Under the pieces are notes generated by a model that was not told the origin of the DNA, searched no databases, and saw nothing but the letters and a program-made list of their open reading frames with translations. A program made the position numbers and the translations under genes. A stretch of DNA of 64,000 nucleotides from Coleofasciculus sp. B1-GNL1-01 (GTDB lineage Bacteria > Cyanobacteriota > Cyanobacteriia > Cyanobacteriales > Coleofasciculaceae), in NCBI GenBank assembly GCA_040220235.1, contig JAVJTO010000088.1; one strand, written 5' to 3'. Positions 41,944 to 54,090 of the stretch are shown piece after piece (position 1 is the stretch's first letter; each line of letters starts with the position of its first letter).

Positions 41944-44616
41944 CTAAAAACGCTCTCCAATACCGAAATGGAGGCGGCTTTCTCCCTCATCATTAAACCC
42001 ATAATCCACACGAATCGGACCCAGGGGAGATTGGACTCGGATACCAATCCCGTAGCCAAAGCCGGTGCCAGGTTTATCGCGAACGATCGCAGGTTCACCA
42101 GGTACATCATCACCGGTACCGAGATCGGTGCCGAAGTCCAAAAATAAAGCACCGCCCACCACCGAGATAATCGGAAAACGGTATTCTGCTGTAGCTTGGA
42201 TAAAGCTGCGACCTGAACCCACTTCTCCCTCATCGTAACCGCGCACTGAGTTACTCCCACCGAGAGAAAAGGCTTCGTAGGGGGGTAAGTCTCCTATCGC
42301 GGTTCCGGCTTGCACGTTAAAGGCGAGGGCTTCGGCTCCTTCACTGAAATTGGTAAATTCTACAGGGAGATAGTAACTGTAGCTACCGCGCAGGCGACTG
42401 AGAAAGATACTCCCTTGACCAATCGGAATCGTCTGTTCAACGCCGAATCTGAGCAGAGAACCACTCGTGGGTCGCAGGGGATTATTGCGGCGATCGCGCA
42501 CCGCCCCTAGTTGCAGGGTAAACAGGTCATCTTCACCCTCTCCACTGAAGCTTAAATCGTTTCCGAGTTCATCCTCTGGACTCAAATCACCATCTGAATC
42601 CCGAATCGACACATTTTGAAATTCTAATCCGGCTGAGGCGGTCCATTCAGAACGGCTATAGAGATCGCGGGATAAGGGACGAGTAAAATTAATTCCACCC
42701 CCGGTACGCACCACACGAGGGCGGTCACCATTGGGGAGTTCGACTTCAGGATCACCCCCGTCGAAAATCAGGGAAATCGAGCGGCGGCGGAAAGCATTCA
42801 CGGTATAGGAGGTGCGGAAGGGATCGCCAGCAATCCAAGGGTCGGTAAAGCGCAGGTCAAACAGCAAGGCGCGTTCTCCCACCTGGAATTCTGCCCCTAG
42901 GGTTTGATTATTGCCACCGAGGTTTTGCTGCTGATAGCTCACTGTACCAAATAAGCCACTGGCAGAGCTAATTCCCGCCCCAGCCGCCAAGGAGCCTGTA
43001 TTTTTCTCAATCACATCCACCACCACCACAACTCGACGGGGGTCAGTTCCCGGAGCAAAGGAGAGGCGCACGTCATCAAAAAGTCCTAGACCAAAAACTC
43101 GTCGCAAATCCCGTTCAGCAATTTGGCGGTTAAATACATCCCCTTCATCGAGTTGCATTTCTCTGGTGATGATAAAGGGACGGGTACGCCCACCAATGGG
43201 TTCATCCTCCTCTGTGAGTAAGCGAATTGGCTCACCTTCGTCATTCAGGATGGGTTCTCCCTCTTCATCAAGATAGCGGACGGCAATCTCTTCAATCACA
43301 CCTTCTGCCACAGTCACGGTGACAATGCCATCATCATTCACATCTGAGGCATCAACCACTTGAGCCAGGTCGTATCCCTGTTCTTGATACCAGTCGTTTA
43401 ACCGTTGAATGCCTTGTTGGAGGTCATTCAGGTTAAGAATTTCACCATATTGCTCTTGGAAAATCTGATCAACCACCTCCTGAGGTAGAACCCGCGCTTC
43501 GGCTTCTGGGGGAACTGTATTCACCGCCACCTGACGCAGTACAGGGTTCGGTTCGACCACAAAGGTAATCCGCACGCCCAGGGGAGTATCTTCGGGTACA
43601 ACGTCTACACTTCTGAAGAAACCTGTGGCAAAGACAGCATTCACATCTTGCTGTAACTGAGAGCGTGTGGTTGCCAATCCGGGTCGGGTGCTAATGGCTC
43701 GAAAAATCTCGTTTTCCAGTTGCTCTTGGGGTCCGGTGTAATCCTGAAAGTCAATGACGACTTCTGAGACCAAGACTCGTGGTTCTGGCTGATTGGCGGG
43801 TGGCGTTGGTGCGTCAGTTGGCGGAACTTGAACTTGGGAAATTAGGGGCGGCGTTGGCGTCACCGTTGGCGTTGCTATGGCATGAAGGGCTAGATGATTT
43901 AGGGTTGTGGGGTTAATTGTTGATTGGGTCGAATTGACCTGAATCGGCGGGGAGGTTGATTCTGCCTCATTTCTAGGCTTATCTTTTGCCAATTCGCTGG
44001 TTTCTGTTGTCGTTTCGTCCATAACTTGAGCGAATCGAGGAGAAGAAATACCCTGGTGATGAACTCCCCCCTGATGTGTCGGTGTGACTGATGGTAATGG
44101 CGTTGAATCCACCTCAATTTGATGAATCGCTGGATTATCCTGAATCGGCTGGGAAATCGATTCTACCTCACCTCTAGGACTGTCTGTTGTCGATTCGCTG
44201 GTTTCTATAGAGGGTTTGTCAATAACTTGAGCGAACTGAGGAGAAGCAACATCATGGTGATGAATTCGCCTCTGATGTGTTGGTTGAACCGATGGTAATG
44301 GCGTTGAATCCACCTCAATTTGATGAATCGCTGGATTGTCCTGAATCGGCTGGGAAATCGATTCTACCTCACCTCTAGGATTGTTTGTTGTCGATTCGCT
44401 GGTTTCATTAACGGCTTCATTCAGCCAATGTTGAGCCGTTGTTGCTTCGGGGTAGTCTGGCATCCCCATTTTCTCATGGTCTTTTAACCCATCCCGTTGA
44501 CTAGGTTCAAAGTCGCGGATAGGTTGGTCTGTTGTTTGCCCATGGCTAGGGGAGTTTGATAAACCGATGCTAGCCGTTACCGCGAGAATTGCCGTTAATA
44601 AAGGAGATAAGCGCAT
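41944..44616 (-). CDS. bamA: Omp85/BamA outer membrane assembly factor
   Basis: POTRA region, VRGY motif, C-terminal FGIGERF; start taken as ATG 44616. Confidence 0.92.
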   Translation of the reverse strand: MRLSPLLTAILAVTASIGLSNSPSHGQTTDQPIRDFEPSQRDGLKDHEKMGMPDYPEATTAQHWLNEAVNETSESTTNNPRGEVESISQPIQDNPAIHQIEVDSTPLPSVQPTHQRRIHHHDVASPQFAQVIDKPSIETSESTTDSPRGEVESISQPIQDNPAIHQIEVDSTPLPSVTPTHQGGVHHQGISSPRFAQVMDETTTETSELAKDKPRNEAESTSPPIQVNSTQSTINPTTLNHLALHAIATPTVTPTPPLISQVQVPPTDAPTPPANQPEPRVLVSEVVIDFQDYTGPQEQLENEIFRAISTRPGLATTRSQLQQDVNAVFATGFFRSVDVVPEDTPLGVRITFVVEPNPVLRQVAVNTVPPEAEARVLPQEVVDQIFQEQYGEILNLNDLQQGIQRLNDWYQEQGYDLAQVVDASDVNDDGIVTVTVAEGVIEEIAVRYLDEEGEPILNDEGEPIRLLTEEDEPIGGRTRPFIITREMQLDEGDVFNRQIAERDLRRVFGLGLFDDVRLSFAPGTDPRRVVVVVDVIEKNTGSLAAGAGISSASGLFGTVSYQQQNLGGNNQTLGAEFQVGERALLFDLRFTDPWIAGDPFRTSYTVNAFRRRSISLIFDGGDPEVELPNGDRPRVVRTGGGINFTRPLSRDLYSRSEWTASAGLEFQNVSIRDSDGDLSPEDELGNDLSFSGEGEDDLFTLQLGAVRDRRNNPLRPTSGSLLRFGVEQTIPIGQGSIFLSRLRGSYSYYLPVEFTNFSEGAEALAFNVQAGTAIGDLPPYEAFSLGGSNSVRGYDEGEVGSGRSFIQATAEYRFPIISVVGGALFLDFGTDLGTGDDVPGEPAIVRDKPGTGFGYGIGIRVQSPLGPIRVDYGFNDEGESRLHFGIGERF

Positions 44617-44946
44617 GATCCTCAGATTTTTTGACACGTCCACACACCACGTTGATTGCAAGGGTTGCGATCAGCTTTTATCCGTTGTTCACTGCTTGTT
44701 AGTCAGTTGAGCGATCGCCTACTGAACAAGCTTGATTAAGTTGACTTAGGATCTGACCTCGAGTTGCTTTAAACTTAAGATGTCATCATTTAACTGATAA
44801 AGGACAAAATACCAGGATTTTCATCACCTCGCTTACTCTGAAGCCATTAAGTTCCCCTAGCACGGCTTGGCTACCCATGCCTACCCGTTAACAAGCACAG
44901 AAAAAAGCAGACCTCATAAACTTTACAGCTTTGTGTCCTCTGCCTT

Positions 44947-45681
44947 CTACTTTCTGCTGTCTTGGGCTAGCACTCGCTCTAGAACTTGCTGATAGGCTTG
45001 TTCGACTTGTCCGAGATCCCGACGAAAGCGGTCTTTGTCCATGACGCGCTGTTGGGGATCAGTTTCTGCTTGGTTCCACAGACGACAGGTATCGGGGCTA
45101 ATTTCATCGGCTAAGAGTAACTGTTGGTTGGTATCAATGCCGAATTCTAGCTTAAAGTCCACCAGGGTAATGCCGCAGCTTTGGAAAAAGGTGGTGAGAC
45201 TCTGGTTGACTTGTAATGCCAGTTGGTCTAACTGGTTAAGTTGGTCAGGTGTTGCCAGGTCTAGGAGTAATAAGCGATCGCGAGTGAGCAAGGGATCTCC
45301 TAATTCGTCCTTCTTATAGTAGAATTCCACCAAGGGTTGGGGCAGGATTTTGCCCAGAGGTAATCCAGTTTGTTGACACAGACTCCCTGCGGCAATGTTC
45401 CTCACCACAACTTCCACGGGCAAGATTGTCACCCGCTTGACCCGCATCTGGTTGGAGGTGGGACAGTCAATAAAATGGGTGCGAATCCCTTGAGATTCCA
45501 GAAACTTAAACAAGTGAGCCGCGATCGCACAATTCATTTCCCCTTTACCGACGATTTGACCTCGCTTTTGGGCATTAAAGGCAGTTGCATCATCTTTGTA
45601 GACGGTGAGGAGTATCTCTGGATCTTCAGTCGGATAAAGGATTTTGGCTTTGCCTTCGTATAGTTTTTGCGGTTGAGACAT
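44947..45681 (-). CDS. purC: SAICAR synthetase
   Basis: LYEGKAK, VDFKLEFG, LADEISPDTCRLW, DKDRFR. Confidence 0.97.
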   Translation of the reverse strand: MSQPQKLYEGKAKILYPTEDPEILLTVYKDDATAFNAQKRGQIVGKGEMNCAIAAHLFKFLESQGIRTHFIDCPTSNQMRVKRVTILPVEVVVRNIAAGSLCQQTGLPLGKILPQPLVEFYYKKDELGDPLLTRDRLLLLDLATPDQLNQLDQLALQVNQSLTTFFQSCGITLVDFKLEFGIDTNQQLLLADEISPDTCRLWNQAETDPQQRVMDKDRFRRDLGQVEQAYQQVLERVLAQDSRK

Positions 45682-46154
45682 GATCAGAGTAGGCTCGATA
45701 GATTCATTGAATCAGGATAGTGCAGTAGGGGTTGGGTCACCAAACCCCTGTCCCCCAAAGCGGCGCTGGGTTATTCACGCCAGATTCACTACAATGGTAG
45801 ATGGTGGGAGTCTAAAAAATTTGTACCATTAATTATTCTGAGTCAGATAGGATGGCAAACCTCTTAGACGCTGTCCTTGTAGTTTTGTCTTGGCTACAGA
45901 GGATCGGACTAGACCGAGTACCCATCCGTGAGGCGTTGACTTCTGAGTAGTGATTTGTGATCCACTTCGCTGATGGGAAACTTGCGCCACGTTAGTTTAG
46001 GCACTGCTTCTGGTGGGGATGTCACCGTTCAACCAAGTTAATTCTCGTCAATGGACTAAGGAAAAGATGCCATCAATATTATTAAATTTCTTGAGAAATA
46101 GGGGGGAATTAGATTCCAGTTGATCGACAATAGCTTTTATCAAAGGAGATCCAA

Positions 46155-46412
46155 ATGACCGATAGAGATGAGTTTTTATATCCACGCAGTCGCTATTACG
46201 GCGATGTCAAGCCAGAAAATTTAGTGTTTAATGCCAATTTACAGGAATTCGCGCAAAAGGTAAACTATATTTGCAACTTAGAAACCGCAGGTAAAGTTGA
46301 ACCCGAAGCTGCCTATAAACAAATTAAAGAGTTGTGGCATAATTTGAGACAGAGTAAACAAGAACTGGCAGTTGGTCAGCATCCTTTCCGTCGGGATGAT
46401 AGGGAGAACTAA
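46155..46412 (+). CDS. Small conserved cyanobacterial hypothetical protein
   Basis: PENLVFNANLQEFAQKV..IC.LET.GK motif; AAGGAG RBS. Confidence 0.8.
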   Translation: MTDRDEFLYPRSRYYGDVKPENLVFNANLQEFAQKVNYICNLETAGKVEPEAAYKQIKELWHNLRQSKQELAVGQHPFRRDDREN

Positions 46413-46520
46413 TACCAAATCCGGGGAACGCTACCCCCGTTATATGAAATATGGGAAGGTCGGATAAAGCCCACCCGACAAGGGTAGAGACGTGCCATGG
46501 CACGTCTCTACGTCTTCGCT

Positions 46521-47153
46521 TTAAAACAGCGTCAGGATGTACAGCAGGGTAAACAGAATAATCCAGATGATATCGACAAAGTGCCAATAAATTTCTGCCA
46601 TTTCAATGCCAACGTGCTTGGTTTCACCGTAATGTCCGGGACGACGCGATCGCCATAAGACGCCGAGAATCAGTAAAACCCCGACGGTAACGTGCAACCC
46701 GTGGAATCCAGTCATCAGATAAAAGCAGTTAGCAAACACATTCGTGGTCAGACCATACCCCAATGTGAGATATTCATACACCTGACCGCCTAAGAAAATG
46801 ACGCCCATAATCGCGGTAATGATATACCACAACCGCATCCCGGAGACATTATTCTTTTTAATCGCCACATCTCCGTTATGGATGACAAAACTACTCGACA
46901 CCAGAATAATTGTGTTAATTGCCGGAACTAAGAGTTCCACTTCTGTGCCTTCGGGGGGCCAGGTTGTGGATACCCCTCGATAGATTAAATACGAGGCAAA
47001 CATCCCACCAAACATCAGGGATTCAGAGGCAAGAAAGACGATTAGCCCCAAAACCCGATAATCGGGATGTTCCTCATGTTCCGCCACCGCCCCTTCAGCC
47101 GAGGCTTCGGGGGTAGAGGAGACTTGATATTCGTCAATCGTTGAACCTTGCAT
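46521..47153 (-). CDS. coxC: Cytochrome c oxidase subunit III
   Basis: TGFHGLHV, YWHFVD. Confidence 0.95.
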   Translation of the reverse strand: MQGSTIDEYQVSSTPEASAEGAVAEHEEHPDYRVLGLIVFLASESLMFGGMFASYLIYRGVSTTWPPEGTEVELLVPAINTIILVSSSFVIHNGDVAIKKNNVSGMRLWYIITAIMGVIFLGGQVYEYLTLGYGLTTNVFANCFYLMTGFHGLHVTVGVLLILGVLWRSRRPGHYGETKHVGIEMAEIYWHFVDIIWIILFTLLYILTLF

Positions 47154-47225
47154 AATTTTCGTTTACCTATCGCCATCTACACGTAGAGACGCGCCATGGC
47201 ACGTCTCTACAGTCATAAATTAACC

Positions 47226-48911
47226 TTACTTCGCTTCAACAGCAGGTTCCCCCGATGCTGGCGCACTGGGATTGAGACCTTTACCATTGCGACCATTCAT
47301 GCCATACGCATAGGGACCATGGGTTAATACGGGTAAGACTTCCCAATTTTCGATTTCAGGTGGTGAACTGGTTGTCCATTCCAGGCTCAAGGCATCCCAG
47401 GGATTATCACCCACCTTGGGTCCTGCAATCCAACTCCAAATTAAATTAATCGCGAAGGGCACCACCGAGAACCCTAATAGAATCGCACCGAAGGTACAAA
47501 GCTGATTAATTGCCGTGAATTGGGGGTCATACATCGCTACCCGGCGAGGCATTCCTTGCAAACCCAAGGAATGCATAGGGAGGAAGGTGAGATTCGCGCC
47601 AATAAAGGTGAGAATAAAGTGAACCCGCCCCCAAGTTTCGTTGTACATCCGACCCGTAATTTTGGGGAACCAGTGATACATGCCAGCATAAAGACCAAAC
47701 ACCGAACCACCAAAGAGAACATAGTGGAAGTGCGCCACAATGTAGTAGGTATCGTGGACATGAATATCAAAGGGTGCCGTTCCCAGGGTTACGCCACTCA
47801 GTCCGCCCAAGACAAACATGCCTAACAAACCGATCGCAAACAGCATTGCCGAGGTGTAGCGGATTTTTCCCTGCCAGAGTGTCGCCACCCAGCTAAAGAT
47901 TTTCACACCCGTCGGGACTGCCACAATCAGCGTGGAGATGGTGAAGAACATCCGCATCCAAGGGGGGGTGCCACTGGTAAACATGTGGTGTACCCAAACG
48001 AATAGACCGACGATACAGATGGCTAGGGATGAATAGGCGATCGCCTTATAGCCAAAGATCGGTTTACGGGCATGAACCGGAACCACTTCCGACATAATCC
48101 CGAAAATCGGCAGAATCATCAGATACACCGCCGGGTGGGAGTAGAACCAGAACAGGTGTTGATACACCACCACATTCCCCCCAGCATCGGGGCGGAAGAA
48201 GCTAGTGCCGAAGTTGATATCAAATAACAGCAGGGTTAATCCAGCCGCTAACACGGGCGTGGAAAACAGGGCTAATATCGATGTGGCTAAAATCGCCCAA
48301 CAGAACAACGGCATCTGATCCCAGCGCATACTAGGAACGCGCATTTTGAAGATGGTGATGATAAAGTTCACCGAACCCAAAATTGAGGAGGTTCCCACCA
48401 AGATAATGCTGAGAATCCACATCGATTGAGCAGTATTGGCAGTAATCAGGCTCAACGGGGGGTAGGATGTCCACCCGGATTGAGCGCCGCCGAAAAAGAA
48501 ACTGCCTAACAGCAGCGCCCCCGCTGGAGGAACCAGCCAAAAGGCGATCGCATTCAGTTTCGGGAATGCCATATCTCTGGCACCAATCATCAACGGGATC
48601 AGGTAGTTACCAAACCCGCCAATAGCTGCCGGAACGACCCAGAAAAAGATCATGATCGTGCCGTGATTGGTCAGAAAAGCATTATAAAGATTGGGATCAA
48701 GTAAATCGGCATCGGGGGTATACAGTTCAGCCCGCATAGCGACTGCCATTAATCCCCCGATCAAATAAAACACGAACGAGGTAACTAGGTATTGAATGCC
48801 AATGACCTTATGGTCAACATTAAACGTGAAATAGTCATACCACTTCCATGCCGTTGGATGGGAACTGTGGGAAGTGGCTTGAGATTGAGGTGCAGTTTCG
48901 GTTTGGGTCAT
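47226..48911 (-). CDS. coxA: Cytochrome c oxidase subunit I
   Basis: DHKVIG, YSHPAVY, VWVHH, AHFHY. Confidence 0.97.
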   Translation of the reverse strand: MTQTETAPQSQATSHSSHPTAWKWYDYFTFNVDHKVIGIQYLVTSFVFYLIGGLMAVAMRAELYTPDADLLDPNLYNAFLTNHGTIMIFFWVVPAAIGGFGNYLIPLMIGARDMAFPKLNAIAFWLVPPAGALLLGSFFFGGAQSGWTSYPPLSLITANTAQSMWILSIILVGTSSILGSVNFIITIFKMRVPSMRWDQMPLFCWAILATSILALFSTPVLAAGLTLLLFDINFGTSFFRPDAGGNVVVYQHLFWFYSHPAVYLMILPIFGIMSEVVPVHARKPIFGYKAIAYSSLAICIVGLFVWVHHMFTSGTPPWMRMFFTISTLIVAVPTGVKIFSWVATLWQGKIRYTSAMLFAIGLLGMFVLGGLSGVTLGTAPFDIHVHDTYYIVAHFHYVLFGGSVFGLYAGMYHWFPKITGRMYNETWGRVHFILTFIGANLTFLPMHSLGLQGMPRRVAMYDPQFTAINQLCTFGAILLGFSVVPFAINLIWSWIAGPKVGDNPWDALSLEWTTSSPPEIENWEVLPVLTHGPYAYGMNGRNGKGLNPSAPASGEPAVEAK

Positions 48912-48977
48912 CAGAATTTCTTGTGACAACTAAAGCAGCCTGTCCAGATGGACAACTGGAGTGTGATGGGCTTCTGT

Positions 48978-49991
48978 TTAGGATTCATGCATTGAGTGTA
49001 ACTGGGTTAACGTTTTTTCATCAACGCCCAACTTAGTCGTGTAGGGTTCCAGAAACTCGGACTCGGATAGATCCGCCGGATTCACCGCCACGGTTTGATT
49101 CGGGTTTTGCTGCTGGGCAACTTGATTTTCCTTGAACCAAGCCTCATACTCCTCTTGGGTATGAACAATAAGCTGTGTCCGCATCGCACCGTGGTAACCC
49201 CCACAGAGTTCAGCGCAAACCACGGGATAGGTTCCAGGTTTTGTCGCAACAAACCGCAGTTCCGTTTCTTGACCCGGAATGGCGTCTTGTTTGAGGCGGA
49301 ACTGAGGTACCCAGAAAGAGTGAATCACATCTTGGGCGGAGATATTCAGTTGCACGTCTTTGCCAACCGGAACGTGTAATTCACCAGCAACAACGCCACT
49401 ATCGGCATAGTTAAAGATCCAAGCAAACTGTAAACCCGTGACATTCACCACTAAGTCAGCCGTCTGTCCTTGCCGTTTAGGTGCGGCGCCAAAGCCGTAT
49501 TTAGCGCCCTTGGGTGCGGCTTCATCCGACTCCATCCCCTCCGCATCAGCCACTAAGGGGGCGGCGATCGCACTTCCGGGCATACTCGCCATCTGCGCGG
49601 GGGTATCGGATTTAACCAAGTTCGGTTCAAAACCACCCATGTCTCGATAAACTTCGACGCTGTAAATTCCTAGTCCAATCACGATAATGGCAGGAATGGC
49701 TGTCCAAAAGGCTTCTAAGGGCAAATTACCGATGATGGGTTCAGCATCCGTATCATCCCCCTCGCGTCGCCGAAATCGAATCATGGCAATCACAATCGCC
49801 CCTTCGACGACTAAAAACAGGGCAGTGCCGATAGTCATCATCACGTCAAAAAACTCATCGACTAACGGCGCTTGTTCTGATGCCTGTTCTGGCATCAAGC
49901 CGTGGTTTTGACCAACCCACAAACTGACCAGGGTGATAACGACACCGGCGGTCAGCGTGATAATAGTAGTTGGTACTTTTTCGTTTTCCAT
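48978..49991 (-). CDS. coxB: Cytochrome c oxidase subunit II
   Basis: DVIHSFW, CAELCGGYHGAM CuA site. Confidence 0.96.
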   Translation of the reverse strand: MENEKVPTTIITLTAGVVITLVSLWVGQNHGLMPEQASEQAPLVDEFFDVMMTIGTALFLVVEGAIVIAMIRFRRREGDDTDAEPIIGNLPLEAFWTAIPAIIVIGLGIYSVEVYRDMGGFEPNLVKSDTPAQMASMPGSAIAAPLVADAEGMESDEAAPKGAKYGFGAAPKRQGQTADLVVNVTGLQFAWIFNYADSGVVAGELHVPVGKDVQLNISAQDVIHSFWVPQFRLKQDAIPGQETELRFVATKPGTYPVVCAELCGGYHGAMRTQLIVHTQEEYEAWFKENQVAQQQNPNQTVAVNPADLSESEFLEPYTTKLGVDEKTLTQLHSMHES

Positions 49992-50231
49992 AGCTTATCT
50001 CCTCGGCAGCAGCAGATCTCCACCCAGGTTGGGTGAAGTCGCTGTCTGATTCTATCTTGACTATCATCGATCCTAATTCACATTTCTTTATAGCGCTTGT
50101 TTGGAGAAGACAAGGGATTCCGGTGCAGGGGTGCAGAGGTGCAGGGGTGCGGGGGTGCTGAGGTGCTGAGGTGCAGGGGTGCAGAGTCCAAATTAGATGT
50201 AGGGGCGGGTTTAGGGAATCAATTCAGATAT

Positions 50232-50430
50232 CCACCAATAACGGAACAACAAAACCCGCCCTCCCCACCGATAACGGAACAACAAAACCCGCCCTCCCCA
50301 CCGATAACGGAACAACAAAACCCGCCCTCCCCACCAATAACGGAACAACAAAACCCGCCCTCCCCACCAATAACGGAACAACAAAACCCGCCCTCCTCAC
50401 CAATAACGGAACAACAAAACCCTCCCACTC
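50232..50430. repeat. 33-bp tandem repeat x6
   Basis: CCACC(A/G)ATAACGGAACAACAAAACCCGCCCTCC head-to-tail with no spacers. Confidence 0.95.
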
Positions 50431-50948
50431 CCCCAGCGAAAGGCAATCAATTAATCCAAAACCGGACAACAAAACCGATTAGATTCCCAACCGCGATCGC
50501 ACATAAACAATATCGGGGTGAAAGGGTGGGGCAGGGCGGGTTTTGTACAAAGGTTATTGGTTACTCCATTAATTTTGTCCCTAAACCCGCCCGTACACAG
50601 ATTTCTAGACTTAATAGAGTTAGGTTTATATCCATCCACCTAACTAGGGGCTGCTGAATAAGTGTTGTGGTGAGGGGAAGCTGGGGGAGCAAAGGACGAA
50701 TGACGTAGCTTGCTTCTCGCGAAGCGAGTATGACGAATGACGATCCCCACGTAACCTTCTATCGTGGATGGTATAGCAGTCGCCAGGGTCATTAGGACAT
50801 CAGATGAATGCCGCTTATTGTGTCAATGTATGTTTAGTGTCCTAACCGTTGTGGCGGTTGCTATAACTTTACCGATCTAATGGCACGATAAAACAAACCA
50901 GGGTGGATTAAACCGTTGCGTTAAAGAATTTTTTAGGAAAAGAAGACT

Positions 50949-53900
50949 GTGTTGGAATCATTACAGACTATTTTATCCTCCCGTAGCTATATGCCCCACG
51001 GGAACTGTTACCTGTGGCAAACTCCCCTAGTGGGATTACATGTTGTCAGTGATGCACTGATTGCGATCGCGTATTTCTCGATTCCGGCAATGCTGATTTA
51101 CTTTGTCCGCCAACGCCGGGATATTCCTTTCTCTAGAGTATTTATTTTATTCGGGGCGTTTATTATTTTCTGTGGCATCGGACATCTGTTTGATATTTGG
51201 ACACTGTGGTATGCCGATTACTGGATATCCGGAATTGAACGCGCTTTAACCGCCCTGATATCTTGTTATACAGCGCTACGATTAATCGATTTACTGCCCC
51301 AATTCCTCGCCCTACGCACCCCGGAACAGTTGGAAGCGATTAACCGGGAATTACAGCAGCAAGTGGTACAACGACGCCAAACCGAAGAAACCCTACGCGC
51401 CATTGTTGCGGGTACAGCCTCGGTTACGGGAGAAGACTTTTTTGCCGCCTTGGTGCAGAATTTGGCAAAATCCTTACATGTTCCCTCTGTCGTCGTCGCT
51501 GAGAAAATCTGCGATCGCGAACCGGGATGGCGTAACCTTGCTTGTTGTTGCATCACATCCTGTCAGGTGTCCCAGTTACAGCCTACCTCCTGTGAAATTA
51601 TTCCCCAAACTCAACCGAGTGGTAACGAAGCTGACAATTGGCAGCAACTTTTCCCCGATACAAAGGATACCGAACATTGCGTGGAGATTCCCTTACTCGA
51701 CGGAAATCAACAGGTAATTGGGATGCTGGGTATTTGTGATATCAAACCCTTGTGCATCACCAATTTAGATCAAGCGATGATGAACGTATTTGCCGCCCGC
51801 GCCGCCACAGAATTGCAACGGAAATGGGCAGAAGACGAAAAACATCGCGCCTACGAAGCCTTAGAATTTCGGGTTGAGGAACGCACCGCAGAATTAATGG
51901 CAACCAACGCCACCTTAGAAACTGAAATTCAAGAACGGATTGCCGCCGAAGCCGCGATCAAATTGATGGCACAGCGGGAAAAAGCAATTAACCGCGTCAT
52001 CCAGCAAATGCGCCAAAGTTTAGATTTAGACACCATCTTTAAGGCGACAACGGCTGAATTACGACAAGCCATTGAGTGCGATCGCGTTCTGATTTATGAG
52101 TTTAACTCCGATTGGAGTGGGACAATCGTTGCTGAATCCGTTGCCCCCGGTTGGCAGGCTTTACTTCGTGACGGTAAAAAAGCCTCTACCTTTGCCCAAA
52201 CCACAACGGTTAATCCCCAGTGTCTTGCCACTCAATTAACCGATGCAGATGGATTGGTTCAAGACACGTATCTGCAAGAACGACAGGGTGGAATCTATCG
52301 ACAAAAGAACACCTATTGCTGCGTCTTTGATGTTGAACAAGCTAACTTTTCCGAATGCTATCTCAACTTGCTCAAAGGAATGCAAGCCCAAGCCTATATC
52401 ATCGCCCCCATTTTTTGCGGTCAGCAACTATGGGGACTCTTAGGGGTGTATCAAAACAGTAATCCTCGACAATGGCAACCCGCAGAAGTCCAAATTGTTA
52501 CCCAAATTGGTAATCAACTGGGTGTTGCCGTTCAACAGGCTGAACTCTTTGCCCAAACCCAAAACCAAGCCATTGAACTTCAACAGGCAAAAGAAGCAGC
52601 GGATGCGGCAAACCGGGCAAAAAGTGAGTTTTTATCTAATATGAGTCACGAACTCCGCACGCCCATGAATGCGATTTTAGGATTTACGCAACTCATGCAG
52701 CGCGATCAATCCTTACCCGCCCAGCATCAAGGGTACATGGAAATTATTAATCACAGTGGTGAACATTTACTGGAGTTGATTAATGATGTCTTAGAGATGT
52801 CAAAAATTGAAGCGGGGCGGATAACCTTAGAGGAAAGTGACTGTAATTTACATCAACTCTTGCGCCGTCTGGAATCCATGTTCCAACTCAAGGCAAAGTC
52901 TAAAGGATTACGCTTAAGGGTTCAGCGAGACGATACTGTTCCCCAATGGATTAGAACCGATGAACATAAATTACGCCAAGTCTTAATCAACTTGCTGAGT
53001 AATGCGATTAAATTCACAGAAAACGGTCAAGTTACCCTAGAGGTATCGAGGGTTAGTCAGGGTAAAACCGTCAACCTGGGATTTGAAGTAGCTGACACCG
53101 GACCCGGAATTGCCAAAGAAGACAGGGATGAGCTATTTCAAGCCTTTAAGCAGACCAAACTTGGGCAAAATACCGACGAAGGAACCGGGTTAGGATTAAA
53201 GATTTCTCAGAAATTTGTGCAATTGATGGGCGGTGAAATTACTGTCACAAGTGAATTGGGACAAGGAAGTTGTTTTAAATTCCAAATTCAGGTAGAATTA
53301 ACAGAATCTATCCCCGATACTCCAGCCTCTGATTTCCAGGAGGTGACGGAATTAGCCCCCGGACAACCCGCCTATCGAATTTTAGTCGTTGAAGATCATC
53401 TGGTAAACCGCCAGCTATTGGTAACGCTGTTAAAGGAGGTGGGTTTTCAGGTTAAATCGGCAGAGAATGGACAAGCCGCGATCGCGCTGTGGCAACAATG
53501 GCAACCTGAACTGATTTTCATGGATATGCACATGCCGATTATGGATGGTTATCAAGCCACTCGACAGATTAAACAGTCGAATTTTGCCACGATTCCGCCG
53601 ATTATTGCGATTACCGCCAGTGCGTTTGCCCATAAGCGAAATGAATGTTTAACCGCCGGATGTGATGCGTTTATCAGCAAGCCGTTTCAGCGGGAGGAAA
53701 TTCTAGAAATTGTCAGTCAATATTTAGGGGTGGAGTATTCCCAGAACACAACAGGCGAAACGGTGTCTGATGCTACTGATGCCAGCGTATCTCCATCGGA
53801 TTATACTCTAGATGCCAATGATCTGACGATTATGTCATCCGAATGGATTGAGCAACTCCACTACGCGGCAAGTTCTTGTAACGATGCCCTATGTTTAAGC

Positions 53901-54017
53901 TTAATTGATCAAATTCCTGAGGAACAATCTCAACTTATAGAGGTGCTAAGTGAGTTAGTGAAAACCTATCAATTTGATCAACTGATAAACTTGACTATCT
54001 CTCCAATAAATCCGTGA
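50949..54017 (+). CDS. Hybrid histidine kinase: ethylene-binding TM domain, GAF, CBCR-like GAF, HisKA, HATPase, REC
   Basis: [13 protein letters not shown]...FCGIGH; DTYLQ...SECYL GAF; SHELRTP; FMDMHMP. Confidence 0.9.
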   Translation: MLESLQTILSSRSYMPHGNCYLWQTPLVGLHVVSDALIAIAYFSIPAMLIYFVRQRRDIPFSRVFILFGAFIIFCGIGHLFDIWTLWYADYWISGIERALTALISCYTALRLIDLLPQFLALRTPEQLEAINRELQQQVVQRRQTEETLRAIVAGTASVTGEDFFAALVQNLAKSLHVPSVVVAEKICDREPGWRNLACCCITSCQVSQLQPTSCEIIPQTQPSGNEADNWQQLFPDTKDTEHCVEIPLLDGNQQVIGMLGICDIKPLCITNLDQAMMNVFAARAATELQRKWAEDEKHRAYEALEFRVEERTAELMATNATLETEIQERIAAEAAIKLMAQREKAINRVIQQMRQSLDLDTIFKATTAELRQAIECDRVLIYEFNSDWSGTIVAESVAPGWQALLRDGKKASTFAQTTTVNPQCLATQLTDADGLVQDTYLQERQGGIYRQKNTYCCVFDVEQANFSECYLNLLKGMQAQAYIIAPIFCGQQLWGLLGVYQNSNPRQWQPAEVQIVTQIGNQLGVAVQQAELFAQTQNQAIELQQAKEAADAANRAKSEFLSNMSHELRTPMNAILGFTQLMQRDQSLPAQHQGYMEIINHSGEHLLELINDVLEMSKIEAGRITLEESDCNLHQLLRRLESMFQLKAKSKGLRLRVQRDDTVPQWIRTDEHKLRQVLINLLSNAIKFTENGQVTLEVSRVSQGKTVNLGFEVADTGPGIAKEDRDELFQAFKQTKLGQNTDEGTGLGLKISQKFVQLMGGEITVTSELGQGSCFKFQIQVELTESIPDTPASDFQEVTELAPGQPAYRILVVEDHLVNRQLLVTLLKEVGFQVKSAENGQAAIALWQQWQPELIFMDMHMPIMDGYQATRQIKQSNFATIPPIIAITASAFAHKRNECLTAGCDAFISKPFQREEILEIVSQYLGVEYSQNTTGETVSDATDASVSPSDYTLDANDLTIMSSEWIEQLHYAASSCNDALCLSLIDQIPEEQSQLIEVLSELVKTYQFDQLINLTISPINP

Positions 54018-54090
54018 AATTAGTGTCACTAACCTTTCACTTCCCCACCCAAATCTTTCCAATAAATCCGTGAAATCAGTGTTTTGACAA

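Noticed and set aside
41698..42147. ORFs with HWSLVIG repeats
   Set aside because: Translation of the CATTGGT microsatellite, overlapping lpxC and bamA on the opposite strand
50097..50657. ORFs with PPITEQQNPPS repeats, or a CRISPR array
   Set aside because: Open frames are a by-product of a 33-bp spacerless VNTR and simple repeats
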